A stretch of DNA of 63,354 bases, the filler included, from Pelomyxa schiedti (taxonomy: Eukaryota > Protista > Evosea): the NCBI GenBank assembly GCA_020536535.1. It is 8 parts of 8 records of this genome, joined end to end, with 100 filler letters (N's around TTAATTAATTAA, not from the genome) between each part and the next. Parts side by side here need not be neighbours in the genome. Positions count along the whole stretch, not along the records: positions 61,128 to 63,354 come from JAHLWZ010002062.1; 7 more parts are not named here. One strand, given 5' to 3'. Below, one piece after another: positions 61,130 through 63,354 of the stretch. The notes beneath the pieces were generated by a model, which ran no database searches, had not been told where the DNA came from, and saw nothing but the letters and a program-made list of their open reading frames with translations. Within the stretch, counting starts at the first letter, position 1; each line of letters begins with the position of its first letter. The translations under genes were made by a program, and so were the position numbers.

Positions 61130-63354
61130 GGCAGGTTCCTGCAGAACGGCGAGATTTCCTTTGTTGGAAGGGCCGACTTCCAAGTCAAGCTCCGCGGCCT
61201 GAGGGTCGAGCTCGGTGAGATTGAAGAGTGTTTCCGATCGAACCCCTTAGTGAAAGACGCCGTTGTCATCCTCAGGGAGGACACACCTGGGGTGCAGTTC
61301 CTTGCTGCGTATTTGACCTTGAAAGGGGAAGAGACCAACACACAAGACGTGCCCGTTTCACTCTCCACTTTCCTGAAGTCCAAGTTGCCACTTTACATGG
61401 TTCCCAGCACCTTCACCGTTTTGCCGCAGCTTCCTTTGACCTCGGCAGGGAAGATGGACAGGAAGGCTTTGCCCAAACCATCCGATTGTGATGCAGGATG
61501 TGGCAACACCGGTTCGGAGGCAGCTGATGACTCAAACATGTCTGCATTGGAGAAGCTGATCCAAGAGTGCTTGAGAGAATGTATGCCCAGCATTGAACTC
61601 GCATCTCGTTTGCATCGGCATACAGATTTCTTTGAAGCTGGTGGGAACTCGCTTCAATCCATGAGAGCATTGGCAGCTGCACGAAAGAGAGGTGTGGCAG
61701 GAATTGTACTGAGGGACTTCTTTGAAGGGCGAACAATTGCAGGAATTGCAGCACTCGTTCAGGGAAGGGAAACAGCTCACGTCGTTGAATCGGACAAGAA
61801 GTTTCTTATCACGCCGACTCTGATTGACCGCCCTCCAGAACTTCCGCTTTCGTTTGCACAGAGCAGATTGTTCTTCCTCGACAAACTCAAACCTGGAATG
61901 ACACAGTACAATATTAGTCTTGCCATGAAGCTGCATGGTTCTGTTGATGAGAAGCTGATACGTCACGCAGTCTTGTCCATCGTGACGCGCCATGAGGCTC
62001 TGAGGACAAGATTCGTTGAAGGAACAACAGGTCCACAGCAAACAATTTTGTCGGAGAAGGAAGCTGCCTCAGCTTTTGATTTGTCGGTGGTCGATCTCCC
62101 AGCAGACGGAGAAGACTCACTTTTGACGAAAATGGCCACAGATGAACTTGACAAGATCTTTGACCTTCAAAGAGGACCCCTTGTCAGGCTTGTTCTCTGC
62201 CACGTTGGGCCAAACAGACATGCCCTCATTGTGTCCATGCACCACATCGTTTCAGATGGGTGGTCCTTGTCTGTTTTCCTCAAAGAGCTCACACACTTTT
62301 ACAACAACAACACAGCTTTGGCTGCACTTCCACTGCAGTATGCCGATTTCGCACTGTGGCAGCACAAATTCATGCAAGGCCCTGAAGCTGAGAGCCAGAT
62401 TTCATACTGGAAAAAGGAGCTCGCAAATATCAAGCAAGTCTGTGATCTCCCACTCGACAGGCCACGTGCCCACCCCAGGACTTACGCACACGGTGCATTC
62501 GTCTCTCAGCTCCCATCTTCCTTGTTTACAGCACTCGTGGCTCTTGGTCGCAAATTCAACACAACCCCCTTCGTCACGTTGCTTTCTGTGTTCCAGGTTC
62601 TCTTGTACAGATTGTCTCCCAACTGGCAGAACGTGACCCACGACAACGACTCGGCAGCAGCTATTCACGGAGACATTGTTGTTGGAACCCCGACAGCGAA
62701 CAGACACTACGGCGGCGTCGAGGGAGTTATTGGATTCTTTATCAACACCCTCGCCATCAGGCTGCTCGTGGACGAGAGCCTCGGATTCACGAGTGTGCTG
62801 CAGCAGGTGAAGCAGAAGATGCTCGCGGCACAAGACGCACAGGACGTGCCGTTCGAGTGGGTCGTTGACCACGTTGGTGTGGAAAGGAGCTTGGAGGTGC
62901 AACCACTGGTCCAAGTGATGTTTGTGATGGATGAGTGGGAGATGTTGGGCTCGGAGTTCAAGATGAACGGTGTGCAGAAGGTGGAAGAAATAAACGTTAT
63001 CGAGCGTGAGCACGGAGCCGCAAAGCTTGACCTCACACTGTTTGCGAAAGCTCTGCCGAACGGCGGAGATGTGGCACTGTACTGGGAGTTCGCCAGGGAT
63101 ATTTTCGACACTGCCACAATTGTTCGGATGGCCAAGAGCATGGAAGTTCTCTGTCAGTGCATTGTGACCTCACCAGATCTCAAACTCTCTGAATTGAATG
63201 TTATCCCACAAGCAGAGGCGACGATGCAACTGGAGTGGAACGCGACCGAGAAGGACATCAGAAGAGGGGGAGTGGCAGTTCACCACCTGTTTGAAGAAAA
63301 GGTTGCAGAGAGACCGAAGGCGACAGCACTCAAGTTCATGGACTCCACGGTGAC
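61130..63354 (+). CDS. Non-ribosomal peptide synthetase, internal fragment: A(C-terminal part)-T-C-A(start)
   Basis: Open frame with no stop to the window end: GRADFQVKLRGLRVELGEIE (A8), LPLYMVP (A9), AGKMDR (A10), DFFEAGGNSL (carrier Ser codon 61649-61651), LSFAQSRLFF, RHEALRT, MHHIVSDGWS, QYADFALWQ, IGFFINTL, HHLFEEKV. Confidence 0.95.

Noticed and set aside
61393-63141. Short ORFs listed in the track at the window end
   Set aside because: They are alternative frames of the single + strand NRPS frame.

Overview
Eukaryotic, gene-dense protist DNA with many short (mostly ~40-120 nt) GT-AG introns and frequent Q/T/N/S homopolymer runs. The style suggests an amoebozoan such as the archamoeba Pelomyxa, but that is inference and unverified. 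The window is not one molecule: seven 100-nt artificial spacers (N-run + TTAATTAATTAA + N-run) join separate contigs, and there are two 100-N scaffold gaps, so adjacency across these is not evidence of linkage. Recognisable genes: importin-alpha, two head-to-head BTB/discoidin-like paralogues, PIG-C, threonyl-tRNA synthetase (plus a second copy of its 5' end), a SPRY protein, DNMT2/TRDMT1, IGHMBP2-like helicase, a bromodomain protein, topoisomerase III-alpha and archaemetzincin. Most notable items: (1) an intronless multimodular NRPS fragment (A-T-C-A) missed by the ORF track; (2) a PMCA-type P-type ATPase with an apparently open frame but nearly all catalytic motifs replaced, including loss of the phospho-acceptor Asp; (3) a protein with a C-terminal Vint-type Hint autoprocessing domain, no recognisable vWA domain and an F-box-like motif; (4) an intron-rich, probably GPI-anchored heparinase II-like lyase with a LamG insertion; (5) palindromic elements in two head-to-head promoter regions; (6) two lineage-specific gene families with several members in the window. 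Exon structures were reconstructed by eye, so gene boundaries are approximate.
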